A DNA stretch of 64,000 nucleotides from Phaeosaccion multiseriatum (Eukaryota; Protista; Ochrophyta, other classes): the NCBI GenBank assembly GCA_965112735.1, contig OZ218950.1, positions 4,092,001 through 4,156,000 on the forward strand, written 5' to 3'. Shown one piece after another: positions 48,839 to 60,892 of the stretch. Each line of letters starts with the position of its first letter. The stretch's first letter is position 1. The notes beneath the pieces were generated by a model. It was not told the DNA's origin and made no database searches. It saw only the letters and a list, made by a program, of their open reading frames with translations. The position numbers and the translations under genes were made by a program.

Positions 48839-51110
48839 GAGGCGCTTGGGCATTGGCATTACAAAGCTGGACAAGACAGACACTCACAATCCTTATCTAG
48901 GGTCAGTCTTATATGCTGCGGGATGTAGGTAGCAGCAGTTGCGAGAAGGGGGGGCGTTCATTGGCGAGGGTGGAGGAGGCCACCAGAAGCCGAGTTTTCC
49001 CATCTCTCCACAGAGGCATCTGCGGAAGAGGGCGGTGATTGCGATGGCACGCTCTGTGAAGAAGGGGGACATGCGTGTATGTCGCATCGTAGGGCAAATC
49101 CCGACGAGGTGAGCTCTCCTTTCGGCGAAGCTATTGGACTATGCAGGTGCCTTCCAGGGTCTTTTCTTTCCTCAACTACAGAGTCCTAGTACTGACAGCT
49201 GCGGCGGGCTAGTAGGTACACCCGCTCCCTGTCATAAGGCTGCCCTACGGACAGCAAGCAGCGAGCAAACTATCGCAATGCTTACTTTCTTTGAGCGGAG
49301 CTGGACGCCGAAGAGAGACCTTTGAAAGGCGGCACTGCTGACTGCCTGGAGAGGACTGCTGCGAATGCTCCCTATTGCCAGTGAGAAAGGAGGAGCCGCC
49401 GGAACAGTTTGTGAGATAGAGCAGGCCTGGCAAAAATGATGCATTGAGTAGTTGCCGGAGCTGATTGCTTGCCAGAAGGCCGGAGGGGGCGGGCCCTGGA
49501 AGAGGAGAGACGGACACAACCCAGTCTTTGCGGTCCGGGAGCATTCGTTACGTGCAAGAGCGAGATGTAAGGGGCGGATGAGTGAAGAGTAGCGAGTTGG
49601 TTGCCGGCAGCGTTTGGGCCCTTGGGAAAGTTCGGTACGCAGCTACTTGGTAGGGGATGGGGAAGGAGACGAACGAAGAGCTCTCCTGAGTCATCGTCGG
49701 GTGTAGCTCAACAGAAGCGCACAGGTGTATTCGTGGACAGGAGTCCTGTGGTCATCTCGGCCAGCCCCGAGGCTCCCGGGCAGGCACTCTACACGCTCTG
49801 GCACACCCCTTCCCTCCCCCAGTCTGTCTGGGGTGATCCGGACCGTCAGTAATGAAGCTCCGATCATTCACATATAACCTAACCTCTTTACCCCACACAC
49901 TTGTGGAATCTAACAGATCAGTCGGTGCCTCTATTTCTCTATGGCTGCCGCCTCTCATCCTCTCGCCTCCCCAGCCATGCTCATGCTGTATCATCAACTG
50001 CTGCTTTTCCTCGGCTGTCCGTAGCTCAGCAGGCTGCCCGCCTCTCCTGCCCATCAGCACCTCTACCGCGCCTGGGGGGGTCCGTGAGAGCTCACCTGAC
50101 CCCAACCTACGCACTCGCCTGAGGCGTGCTCCTCCTCCTCCTCCACCACCACCACCACCACCACCTCCTCCTCCTCCTCCTCCTCCTCCTCCTCTCCCTC
50201 TTGTGCGTTGTCTGCCGCGACCACTCATCAATGAGACGATGCGACATGCTGCATCACTGTCACTCAGCGCCGGTAGCAAGACCATGGCAAGAGAGAAGGA
50301 ATGCAGCAGCACTCAACTGCAAGAGAGAACCGAAGCCCAACGGGAGGGATGGAAACGCTCCCGTCTCTGCCTCTACAAGAGATGTCTGGTGACGGCGCCG
50401 GCTCGCTGAGTGATACTTCTCTCCTTTGTGGCTGGGCTGGGCCCTTCTGATCGCGCTCCCTCGTGCCTTCCCTCTTGCCCCTTGTTCCCAAGAGGCTTTA
50501 ATCGGTCGGCGCTGCTGCTCCCCGCCCCCGCCCCCCACTTACCCCGCAGCACGCCAACAAGAAGCAGAGATGGAATGGCATGCCCCCTTGCCACTCTGTA
50601 TCCCTCGTTCTTTCCCGTCATCCTTCACCACCGAGGGTAGGACAGCACGTGCATGAAGAGGGCAGGCTGGGGGGGGGGGGGGGTGGAGGGCAGACCACAC
50701 GGGTAGCGAGCAGATTCCTCCGGGGGACTTGCACCCACACCCTCTTCCTTCAGTAAGGCGGTTGGGCGGGGGTGTCTAAGGCAGTGATCGAAGGACGACT
50801 TCCTCGCGTTGTGCAGTACGTGGGCACCGCAGACCCTCGCTTCACACCCTGTCGGTACCCTTGGATGATGTCTCCCTCGGCAGTGCCCTCGCCGCCTGGC
50901 CCAAGGCAGACAGGCAGACAGGTGGAAAGGGGGAAGAGAAGGGCCACAAGACAACAGAGACCCGCCCCTGGTCGTGCTCCGCGAACCGTCAGCTGCCATT
51001 CCCCTCCAATGCCTCGGCCTCAAATGTGCCGGTCTGACTGATGGAGGGTCCGACCCACCGATTCACCGCCCCTCTTGCCATCAGCTGTCATCCCGCCCTT
51101 GGCGGGAACC

Positions 51111-52991
51111 TCACGACGCAGTGCAGCGTGTGCTGACGTACGTGGACAAGTCTGCAGCACGAATGATCCACAGAGTCTCGTCGCCTGCGCAGCCATGCGG
51201 ATGAGGAACACACAGCAATGGAGGGGAGAGGGAGGGGAGGGGAGGGAAGGAGGGAGGGAGGGAGGGAGAGAGGGTCACAGGCAGGGGGCGTATATCTGGA
51301 GCACAGTACAGCAGTGCAAAGTACATCTCCAAACGCTTCCCCTTCCTTTCTCACTCACTCACTCACTGGCTGACTCACTGACTCACTGACTCACTGACTC
51401 ACTCCTCTGACCCCTGACCTACTCACAATACACAGTGTCGAAGAAGCCGGTCCTCTGTGCGAAGAAAGGAAAGGGGATGCGGAAAGGCGGTGCAAACTTC
51501 ATCACTTCAAAGCCCGCCAGCGCCTGTGCGTGTGGCAGGGGGAGAGGGAGAAGACGGTTACGGGTCCGGGGACGGTAAGTGCAATTACAGGGGCAGGGAG
51601 ATTCATTCACAACAGAAGAGAAAGGGCCTTCGGTGAGCCAGGAAGGAAGGGGAAAGCACGCCTTCTTCCTGCCTCCATCCCACGTCAGGACACCTGCCCT
51701 CGCATAGCACGGCTTGCTAGACCCCGGCCTCTGCCCCACCGACCTTGGGCTGGAAGGTGATGCCCTTGACCGTCCGTTGTATGCGCGTGCCGGACTCCAC
51801 CCTTCCCCTCAGCTCGATGACGCAGAGAGTGCTCGAACCTCGACCTCGCAAGGGGGAGCGCGGCAACAGCGGCAGGCCCAGGCGAGCAGCGACGGCCCCT
51901 GGCCCCGAGGGGGGAAGCAGCTCGATTGTGTTGGTGATGCTGCGAGCGTCAGTGCTGACTTCTTGGAAGATGGGGCCGAGGGTGAAGCCTGGGGCGAGAG
52001 CGAGGGCGACAACATCTGCGGCGTCCGTCCACAAAAGCTCCCACTTGCCAGCCACGAGGGACGTCCCAGTCTTGAAGCCTCTGCAAGCCACAGGGGAGGG
52101 AGGTTGTACGTGTTGTCATTAAGTCAGGTAGTGGAGGTAGTTGGTTATTACACAGGTGGTGCATTTGAGGGGATGGCGAGAGTTGGCACGCAAGCGCCGT
52201 TATTTGATACGGAGAGGGAGGTGAGGTGATGTCGTTTCCTTCTCCTTCTCGTTGTCTGGTGGTATGTACGATAGTGTTGGAGAGGAGGGGGAGGTAGCGT
52301 GAAATCCACGGCACTGACAGGACCTCTCGACACCTCTCCACCCCTCTTCATCTCCACCTCACCAATGCTTTCAGTCTATACACGATCGATACCTGCAGGG
52401 CTCCGGGATGGGGTTTTCCTGCACGAGCTTGTCGATGGTGCGCTTTATCCGGACCTTCTTCGCGGGACTGCCGCTTAGGCCCTGCTTCAGATCACTCGCT
52501 GCAGGGGAGTGAAAGAGGAAAGTAGAAAGGGAGGGTGTGTCTCAATCGGGCTAGCAGAAGGAGAGTCGCGACAACATATTCGCTCGTGCATAGAGCAGAG
52601 ACGTTTGTCAAAGGAGCACCCAACCCCCGCAAACCGCACCTTCAGAGATTAAGCGCTGCTTAAGGATCGTCGCCCTCCTGCGGCGCTCTCGTTCCTCCTT
52701 TTCTAGCAATATTCTTTCTGCTTCAATTTCCATGTCTGTCATGTATACATCCTCCTCGGCATCCCAATCGAGCGGGGTCTTCGCAAGACGGCTAGCCCTC
52801 CTTTTCTGGCGATGACGGGGCCCGCTGAAGCTGTCGCGCCCTCTCACTCCTGTACGAATACTGCCGAGGACTTTGCAAACTACATTCGCTCCTCCTATTC
52901 TCTCTCCTCGGTGCATGGGACCAACTGCAAAGCCCTCCACGCTTACTAGAGGAAGTATAGCTACGAGAGGAAGCAGGCAGGAAGAGAACAT
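51111..52991 (-). CDS. Plastid-targeted PAP/fibrillin-family protein (~5 exons; last exon uncertain)
   Basis: Signal peptide MFSSCLLPLVAILPLVSVEG-FAV (ASAFAP-like). Fibrillin motifs IDKLVQENP, LVAGKWELLWT, IFQEVSTDARSITNTIEL, GFFDTVYCDETLWIIR. Confidence 0.82.
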
Positions 52992-53431
52992 CTCAGTCCC
53001 AGACAATCCAGAGAAGAGCAAAGGAGGGGCTATTTGGGGTGTGAGCACCTCCGTTTGGACAAAAGCACAGGACCTGTTTATGATAATCGGATAGTTAAGT
53101 GCCATCTGAGTGAAATTGGGGACATACAGGCCCAAACAAGGTCAGGCCAAAAAAAAAAAAAAAAAAAAAAAAACGCTTTTTCATTTGTCGAACAAAACAA
53201 GCGCAGGAACAAAACGCAGGAGGCGCAAGTTTCTTCTTCTTCTCGCGCTGCCGTAGTCTAAACCAGTCGGTACATAAGCGATGTGATGATGGTCTATGGG
53301 TTTATGGCCTACTACCAAACACTGTAGGGTGGTGGTCTGTATGGCCTGCCTACATACCGTACGTGGCCGGGCCCAGGTACAATGGCAGCCCCTCAATTGA
53401 AGCGCTTTGGCAGTAAGGCAAGTCACAGACA

Positions 53432-55459
53432 TTAGGAGCCAGCGGGTAAACCATCCTTCAAAGAAGAGCCTTCGCGCACCAGCAGAAGCCGATCCAGCTC
53501 GCCTCTGAGCGCCGCGTACAGCGTCTTCCTCTCCTCGTTCATGGCTGTGACAGTCGCAATGTACTCGCACACGTCTTCGTACCTCTCCCTCCGGAACACG
53601 AACGCATCCCCATCCTCCGCCTGGCCCGAGCCCGAGGCGAGGTGGTCGCTGCTTTCCATGCAACTGTCTTGGCGGTTGCCCGCCAAGGCGAACTCCTTGG
53701 ACACTGTCTCCAGGTCCAGCTGGAAGGAACGCTGATGCGCTGCGATTACCGCGTGGGCCGCCCGCTCCTTCGCATTCAACGTCTGCTGCTGCCGCTGCTG
53801 CTGCCCCGACTCCCCTCGGCCTCCTGCCCTCGTTGTGCCCTTCGGGCCGCTCCTGGAAGAGCTGCTGCTGGTAATCCTGCGGCTCGAGTCCTTCTTCAGA
53901 AAAGCGCCCGCTGTTTTCGCCCGCCGATGCTGCTGCTGGTGGCCTCCTGCTCCTCCTCCTGCCCTGCCAATGGACGAGTCATCAGGGCTGCTTCTACTCT
54001 TCTTGGACGCAGACATGCCGGAACTTGACGAGGGGTCTTTCCGAGGAGTGAGCGGCTTGCGCACGAGCCGGCTGTGACTCATATAGTCGCTGCCCCTGCT
54101 GCTGCCGGCGTCGTTGATGCTGTCTGCTTCACTCCCTAGAGCCCCTACCGACAATCGCAAGGGAGATACCACCGCGCTTGCCGTCGAGGCACGATGGTGC
54201 TGCTGCCTGGGCTGCTGCTTTGAGAGAGACGGTCGACGGGAGGAGGAGGAAACGCGCTCCGTAGGAGCGCTAGAGAAGGAAGATATGGCGGATGCCAGAG
54301 AGTGAGTGGGCGATGATGCCGGGGCAGAAGCCCCCCCCAGCCTGGACGACGGAGGCGATGCCGATGCGAGAGCTAGCGCCTTGTCCCTCTTTCCCCCCTC
54401 ACCCCTCCGGCTGCTGCTGCTGCCTCTGGTGGTGTTCATCGTCCTTGCCGCTTGGTGGTCAGAGCTGTGGATCGGCGGAGTACACAGGCCTAGGCCACTG
54501 CGTTCCTCAGTGCTGCCAGGAGGGGTTTTGTTGCCCATGCTGTTGCGGCTGTTCACCCTCTGCAGTACGGCCTGAGACTGAGCGGATCTGCGCCGAAGGC
54601 GGTCTCTTCTATGATTGCCACTGTTCGGAGTGCTCACTGCTGCTGCTTGTGCTGTACCCGAGGAGGGCGTTGCCTTGGGGTGCTCCACTGGCCGCTGCTG
54701 CTCCTGCCCAAAGATTGGCGACACCGCCAGAGTTCTTGTACTTGTTGGCGTTTGAGAATCATCAGCGACAGCCGGGGCCAAGCGGCGTCGAGAGGGGCTC
54801 GACTGACTGCTGCTGCTCCCTGTCACACTTTCTGTCTCCTCCTCTTTGCGCACTTTCCCGTCGCGGCGGCGGCGACGGTTGCTGCTACTGCTGCTGCTGC
54901 TGTTGCCGTTCCTTGGCCTGTCCTTGAGGGCTTCCTCCGTGAGCTCCGTCGTTGCTGGCCACGCCTTTGAGGCAGTCGCTGATGACACGGGGGAGTGTCC
55001 CAGAGGCGCACGCCGCAAGACGTGGAAGGGCTGCTCTGCGGTAGAAGCGTCACATCTGTCCGTATCACCATCGCCCGCAGGCCTAAACTCGTCTTCCTGT
55101 TGCGGCGCCCTCACATCCTCGATGGGGCGGCCTGCTCCCTCAGCGGCGGGACTTCCCCTGCTGGTGGTGCTCCTGCTGCTGCCGCTGTCGCTGCTGCCGC
55201 GTCTCCGCTGATCCTTCTGCTTCTTCTTCTTCTTGCTGTCGACAGCAAGCTTAATCCTCTGGACCAAATAAAATAGCTTCTTCCTCTCCCCACTATCCTT
55301 CACCCCCAGACACTCAAAGTCCTCGAGGGTGAGGGCCGCCACTTTGGCTGGGGTGGTCACAGAGTGGGCAAGAAAGGCGGGCACGGCATAAGTGAGGCCG
55401 ATGGACTCCAGCCAGATCCGGACTTGTTCCTTCTGTCGCAAGGTCGTTCCACCCCCCAT
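53432..55459 (-). CDS. Intronless SAM-domain protein with kinesin-13-like C-terminal coiled coil but no motor domain
   Basis: N-terminal SAM (VRIWLESIGLTYAVPAF...EDFECLGVKDSGERKKLFYLVQRIK), ~490 aa Ser/Arg-rich disordered linker, and C-terminal helices (VIAAHQRSFQLDLETVSKEFAL...EYIATVTAMNEERKTLYAALRGELDRLL). First ATG at 55459. Confidence 0.75.
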   Translation of the reverse strand: MGGGTTLRQKEQVRIWLESIGLTYAVPAFLAHSVTTPAKVAALTLEDFECLGVKDSGERKKLFYLVQRIKLAVDSKKKKKQKDQRRRGSSDSGSSRSTTSRGSPAAEGAGRPIEDVRAPQQEDEFRPAGDGDTDRCDASTAEQPFHVLRRAPLGHSPVSSATASKAWPATTELTEEALKDRPRNGNSSSSSSSNRRRRRDGKVRKEEETESVTGSSSSQSSPSRRRLAPAVADDSQTPTSTRTLAVSPIFGQEQQRPVEHPKATPSSGTAQAAAVSTPNSGNHRRDRLRRRSAQSQAVLQRVNSRNSMGNKTPPGSTEERSGLGLCTPPIHSSDHQAARTMNTTRGSSSSRRGEGGKRDKALALASASPPSSRLGGASAPASSPTHSLASAISSFSSAPTERVSSSSRRPSLSKQQPRQQHHRASTASAVVSPLRLSVGALGSEADSINDAGSSRGSDYMSHSRLVRKPLTPRKDPSSSSGMSASKKSRSSPDDSSIGRAGGGAGGHQQQHRRAKTAGAFLKKDSSRRITSSSSSRSGPKGTTRAGGRGESGQQQRQQQTLNAKERAAHAVIAAHQRSFQLDLETVSKEFALAGNRQDSCMESSDHLASGSGQAEDGDAFVFRRERYEDVCEYIATVTAMNEERKTLYAALRGELDRLLLVREGSSLKDGLPAGS

Positions 55460-56310
55460 TGCTCTTGGTCCCCTCCAATCCAATCTGGGCAGCTACACGA
55501 CACCTTCCTTGGCTCTCGTCAGGACAGCTCCGGCATGAGGGCCAGCTTCCCCATCAATCCTCTCCTGATTCTCCTGTTGCTGCTCCTTCTTCTGCAGACC
55601 TGTTGCTGCTTCCGCTGAAGAGGTCAGAGAGTGAAGAGGCTTCAGTAACGTAATGTTTAAGGATGGGGTTTCCCAGCCTAAAACAACTCCATGCCAAAGT
55701 CACTGAGACTCTATCAGACTCAAACCAACAGCAGTAGGGCTCTTCTACCCGGCAGAACACTGTCGGTGGTGGAGGGAGCAAAGAACTCCAATACTAAATA
55801 CCAAACAAACACCCAAACATCATCGTTTGGATTTTTGGCCAAACAAACTGAAACTGAAACTCGCCATCAATCATCTCATGTCCCAGTGGCATATTTTTTG
55901 ACAAAAGAAAAAATTCCTCATTGCGCCCCCCCAGAGGACTATTGCTCCCTTTTGGTGCAGCCAGTGGACCTGCTCTGCTGATCTATAGACTCAGTGCAGC
56001 TGCTGTGGCAGAGAGAGCCATTACTTGCGAAGGTGGGTCACGAAAACGCCGGCGGAATAGCTCAAAAAAGACCCGAGGAGCTGGTAGGAGAGAGAGGGAA
56101 AGAAAAGGGGGAGAAGATGAAGCCAGTGGAGTGACCTAAAAATTTGAGAAGATGATGCGAGGTCTGACCCTCATTGCCCTCTTCCCCGTCGGGTGTCCGC
56201 CATTGTCGAATACCTTCCTTCAATCCTTTTGTGTGTGTTGTGACACCCTTTCCCTTTCTCTCCCTAATGCTCCCTGTGGTACAGGCGCTTCATAAGTGGC
56301 GACGAGTTCC

Positions 56311-56960
56311 ATGACGAGATGTGCGTTTCCCGCGGCGTGGGTGCTTTCCCTGCTGCTGCTCATACAGCAGCAGCAGCAGCAGCAGCAAGGGGTGGTACAG
56401 GCGAGGCGGCAAGACATCATTGACCTCATCCCTGACGACTTTGTTTGGGGCTTCGCGAACTCCGCCTTTCAAGTGGAGGGAAACCTCGAAGAAGGTCGGT
56501 CCACAAAGGCGGTGCTTTTTTTACGCTTTCCTTGCGCGTGACTCTTTCGAAGCTCTGCTCGCCGGATTCCCTCTGACACCCCGCGGCCACCCTCGTTTGC
56601 TTCCCTTCACATGTAGTGGGGGAATAGCATGTAGTCTGGCCATTCCCCCCGTTCCCCTTTCTCGGAGCTCACGATTCTCCCCTGACTCACATCAGCCTCC
56701 TCCTCCTCCTCCTCCTCCTCCTCCCGACCCTCTCTTGTCCCCTTACTGCCCTCCACCCACCGCCCTGTCCCCCCTCCTCCGCAGACGGTCGCGTACCGTC
56801 CATTTGGGACACATTCCTGGACACGAGGGGAGACGAGGTCTGCGATGCCGTAACGCCGAACATCGTCACGCCTACCACCTCTGCTGATTTCTACACCAGA
56901 TACCAGGAGGACATTGACGACATGGCAGCCATGGTGTGTGCGTGTGTGCGCGTGTGTGCG

Positions 56961-57027
<67 letters not shown>

Positions 57028-59023
57028 TCGTGTGTGTGCGTGTCAGTGTGTGTGTGTGGAGGGGAGGGTGGGTGGGTGGAGAACGCCCACCGTCTAGGCA
57101 GATACGAGAGTGGAGTAGTACGGGAATGCAATTCATCCCCTGCATTTGACGAAGGAGTTGGAGCCCCTCTTTACCCCGCCTCTCCCTGCCCCCCCCCCCC
57201 TCTGTGCCTTAAGGGTATGGATGTGTTTCGCTTCAGTATCTCGTGGGGTCGTGTGATGGGAGAAGGCAACAGCGTTAACCAAGGTGAGCCGCTCTTCCTC
57301 CTCCTCCTCCTCTTCTTCTTCTTCTTCTTCTTCTTCTTCTTCTTCTCTTTCTCTTCCTTCTCCTCTTCCTCTTCTGTGGAGCCTGCCCATGTGGCTCAAG
57401 CGTGCATGTTATGTTCTGTGCCACTTTGTACCTCCCCTCCCCCCCCCCCTTGCACTGCAATGCAGCTGGCGTGGCCCACTACGATGACGTCATCGACGCC
57501 TGCATCTCGGCCGGTCTTACCCCATACGTGACGCTGTACCACTGGGACTTGCCCGAGTGGCTCAGTGACGGCGCGGGGTATGGCTGGACCAACAACGACA
57601 TCGTTGACTTCTTCGTGGAGTATGCAGACTTGTGCTTTGAGAGCTTTGGAGACAGAGTCAAGCACTGGATTACTTTCAACGAGCCCGCTACCTTCATCCA
57701 CCTCGGGTGAGTTTGTGAGGGAGTGGAGGGAAGGAGACAGTGAGTGAGTGAGTGCGTGAGTGAGGGTGGAGGGGAGGAGGCAGTGGGAGAGTGAGTGAAT
57801 GAGTGATTAGTGAGTGAATGAGTGAAGCGAGTTAGCGAGTGGCGTCCCAGGGTCCACCCCCCTCACACCATTTCCCGTAACCTCTTTCAGATGAGCCGAA
57901 CCGGAGTGCCACACACACACACACACACACGTACACACACAACACACGTCACACCTGTTACCCTCCTTGCATCTCTATACTCTCTCTGATCCCCCCCCCT
58001 ACGTCCCTGCCGGCTTGCTTTGCCTGCCTCCCTTCCTCCCTCTCTCGCATCCATCCATCCATCCAGCTACTCAAGCGGCTTCTTCCCCCCGGGCATCAGC
58101 GGGGAGGCCATCCCTGCAGGCCACAACATGCTGTTGGCGCACGCTCATGCTGTGGACTCGCTCCGTACTAACTTCGCCTCGCAGAACGCGCAAGTGTCGC
58201 TGGTGCTGGGGAGTGACTTTTCGTACCCGCAGGACAGAACGAAAGACTCGGACTGGTGAGTGAGTGAGTGAATGCGTGCGTGAGTGAGTGCGTGAGTGAG
58301 TGAGTGAGTGAGTGAGTGAGTGAGTGAGTGAGTGAGTCGAGGGAATGCGTGATTGAGTGAGGGAGTGAGTGGGGAGGGGGGGAGAAGGGGGCGGGGCTCT
58401 AAGGGCTTTAAGTCTCAAGTTACGTGCGTGTCTCCCCTCCCCCCTTGTCTTGTACCGTAGTGTCTTACCAAACCTGACCGTACCCTGACCATACCTGCAT
58501 GTTCGATGCCAATGCTATGTACAGGACGGCTGCTGAGACCAACATGGTATGGGGACTAGGCTGGTTCGCCGACCCGCTCTACACTGGCACATACCCGCAG
58601 GTACGTTAAGGGTATTGGAGAACAACGGCCTTACGTTACATGGCAGGCAGTCGCTACGTGTGTTCTCAAGTGTAGTCTATTGACAGCCCCTTCGCTCTTC
58701 GCTTGCTTTCATTGGTACTAACCCTCTCTCTCTCTCTCTTTCTCCCTTTATCTCTTCCCTTTCTCTCTTCCCTTAGCTCATGAAGGAGAGTCTCGGCGAC
58801 AGGCTGCCCGACTTCTCCGCCGAGGAGATGGAGCTTCTCAAGGGTTCAACGGACTACTTCGCCTTGAATCATTACACTTCGCAGTACGCATATGTCGGCA
58901 CCGTGGACAATGACAGAGACGGGGAGCCGGACACCATCAGCACGCCGTACGACACGGATGGGAATGCCATCGGCCTCCAGTCAGGTGGGTGGTATGAGAA
59001 GTCGTTAGAGAGAGAAAGAACCA

Positions 59024-59061
<38 letters not shown>

Positions 59062-59774
59062 TGTTGTCTTGTGTCCATTGCCCATTTGCTCCCCTCCCCG
59101 TCTCTCTCCTCTGTGTGCCGATGTGTGCCGAAGTCGCAAAGACCCGTCTGTTCCTTTACCGAGCGAGGGGGCGAGGGGGTGTCTAGGGACACGCACACCC
59201 TCCCAGAGAGAGAGAGAGCAGTTGTTGACGGCCGCCACTTGCTTGTCGCGTCCGCTCCACGTATGGCTTGCATTGCTCGCATTCATTAATCACTTTGCTT
59301 GCTTGCGTGCTTGCTTGTCTGCTTGCTTGCCTCGTTTCGTTTCCATCCGGCACGGACTACTTGACTTGACTATGTTGGATACCTCAGGGGCGGGGTGGCT
59401 GTTTGTGGCTCCGGATGGCTTCAAGGACCTGCTCATCTGGGTCACGAATCGGTCAGTCATGAATGAGCTTCCGCGCTGCCAGTACGAAGGCGCCTCACAA
59501 GCGGGCGATGCCTACAGCTTCACAACACATGCCTGCCGTCCTCCTCCTCCTCCTCCTCCTCCTCCTCCTCCTCCTCCTCCTCCTCCTCCTCCCTCCTCCT
59601 TCCCCTCCTCTCTTCCTCGTGCTGCTGCTGCTGCTGCTGCTGCTGATGTGACATAGATAGACGGGTAGAGGTGTGTCCCTCCTGTTGCTTCCTTCCCGTC
59701 CGCATCGTCCTCATCGTGCTCATCCTCATCCGCCACGTCACCTCTCCCCTTCCCCCTCATCACACACACACACA

Positions 59775-59822
<48 letters not shown>

Positions 59823-60892
59823 CACACAGATATCTGACTCCGCCCATCGTCATCACCGAGAACGGAGTGGCTGTGCCTGGAGAGACCGAGGTGGACATGG
59901 AGTGCGCTGTCCAAGACACATACCGAGTGGCCTTCCATCACGACTACCTCAAGGCCATGGGGGAGGCCATCACGGAGGGGGCAAACGTCATTGGGTACAT
60001 GGCCTGGACCTTCACTGACGCCTTCGAGTGGAGGTACGCGTGGAGTGTGTTTGTGTTTGTGTGGGGGGGGTGCGTGTGCGTGTATCTCCGCTCATGTTTT
60101 ATCAGCCTCATCTCTCCGTCCCGCGTTTTTGTCTCCCTTGTCTCACTCCCTCACCCACTCTCTCACTCTCTCCCTCCCTCCCTCACTCCACCCACTCTCT
60201 CACTCTCTCCCTCCCTCTCTCACTCCACCCACCCACTCACCCAATTCCATTCCACTCCACTCCACTCCCTCAACTCATGCTCTCCTTATTATAGGGACGG
60301 CTTCTGCGACACCTTCGGCATGGTGCACGTCGACCTCACAGGCTCCAACAGTGACCAGACACGCACCCCCAAGACCAGCGCCCACTGGTACGAGGCCCTC
60401 GTCAAGCTCTACAAGACGGGGGACGAGGAGAGCACCAAAGACCCTGAGACAGGCGCAAGAGTGTACGACGTTGGCGACGGTTTCGCTTTCGCCTCGGAAT
60501 GCGCATCGGGTGCCGTGGCCATGGCAGCGGGGTGGTACTTCGACGACGGCTCTGGAGGCTCCTCGTTCCTCACGACCCCTGTGTTGGTCGGGGCGATTGT
60601 GGGCGCCGTGCTAGGCGGGGCCTTTCTCATATGCTGCGTGTGCGGTTGGCTCACCAAGCGCCGTGTCAAGGACCAGGAAGCACAGCGTAAGGCCAAGGAC
60701 GCCCGTCTGGCCCAAGGAGGAAGGCTCCCTGGTGAGGAGGACGGACGGCCTGGAGACTACGGGGCGCATGGGGTGGAGGCCAAGGAGGAATCAGAGTCAG
60801 AGTCAGAGTCAGAGTCAGAGTCAGGGGAAGAGGACAGCGAAGAGGAAGGGTCTGTTGTTTCCTCCAAGATGCACCAGCAGGCGACGATTTAG
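56311..60892 (+). CDS. Glycoside hydrolase family 1 beta-glucosidase, type I membrane-anchored, 10 exons
   Basis: Signal peptide; [31 protein letters not shown], catalytic TFNEP and ITENG. C-terminal [26 protein letters not shown] followed by KRRVK. Exon starts 56311, 56785, 57214, 57466, 58067, 58525, 58777, 59388, 59830, 60295. Confidence 0.95.

Noticed and set aside
53149-53173. A25 tract as the poly-A tail of a retrocopied SAM/kinesin-like gene
   Set aside because: Wrong strand: the gene is on minus, so a tail would read poly-T on plus. More likely a promoter poly(dA:dT) tract of the fibrillin gene.
38046-55459. Centriole gene cluster (WDR90 + KIF24-like)
   Set aside because: Only two genes, separated by unrelated ones; proximity alone is weak evidence.
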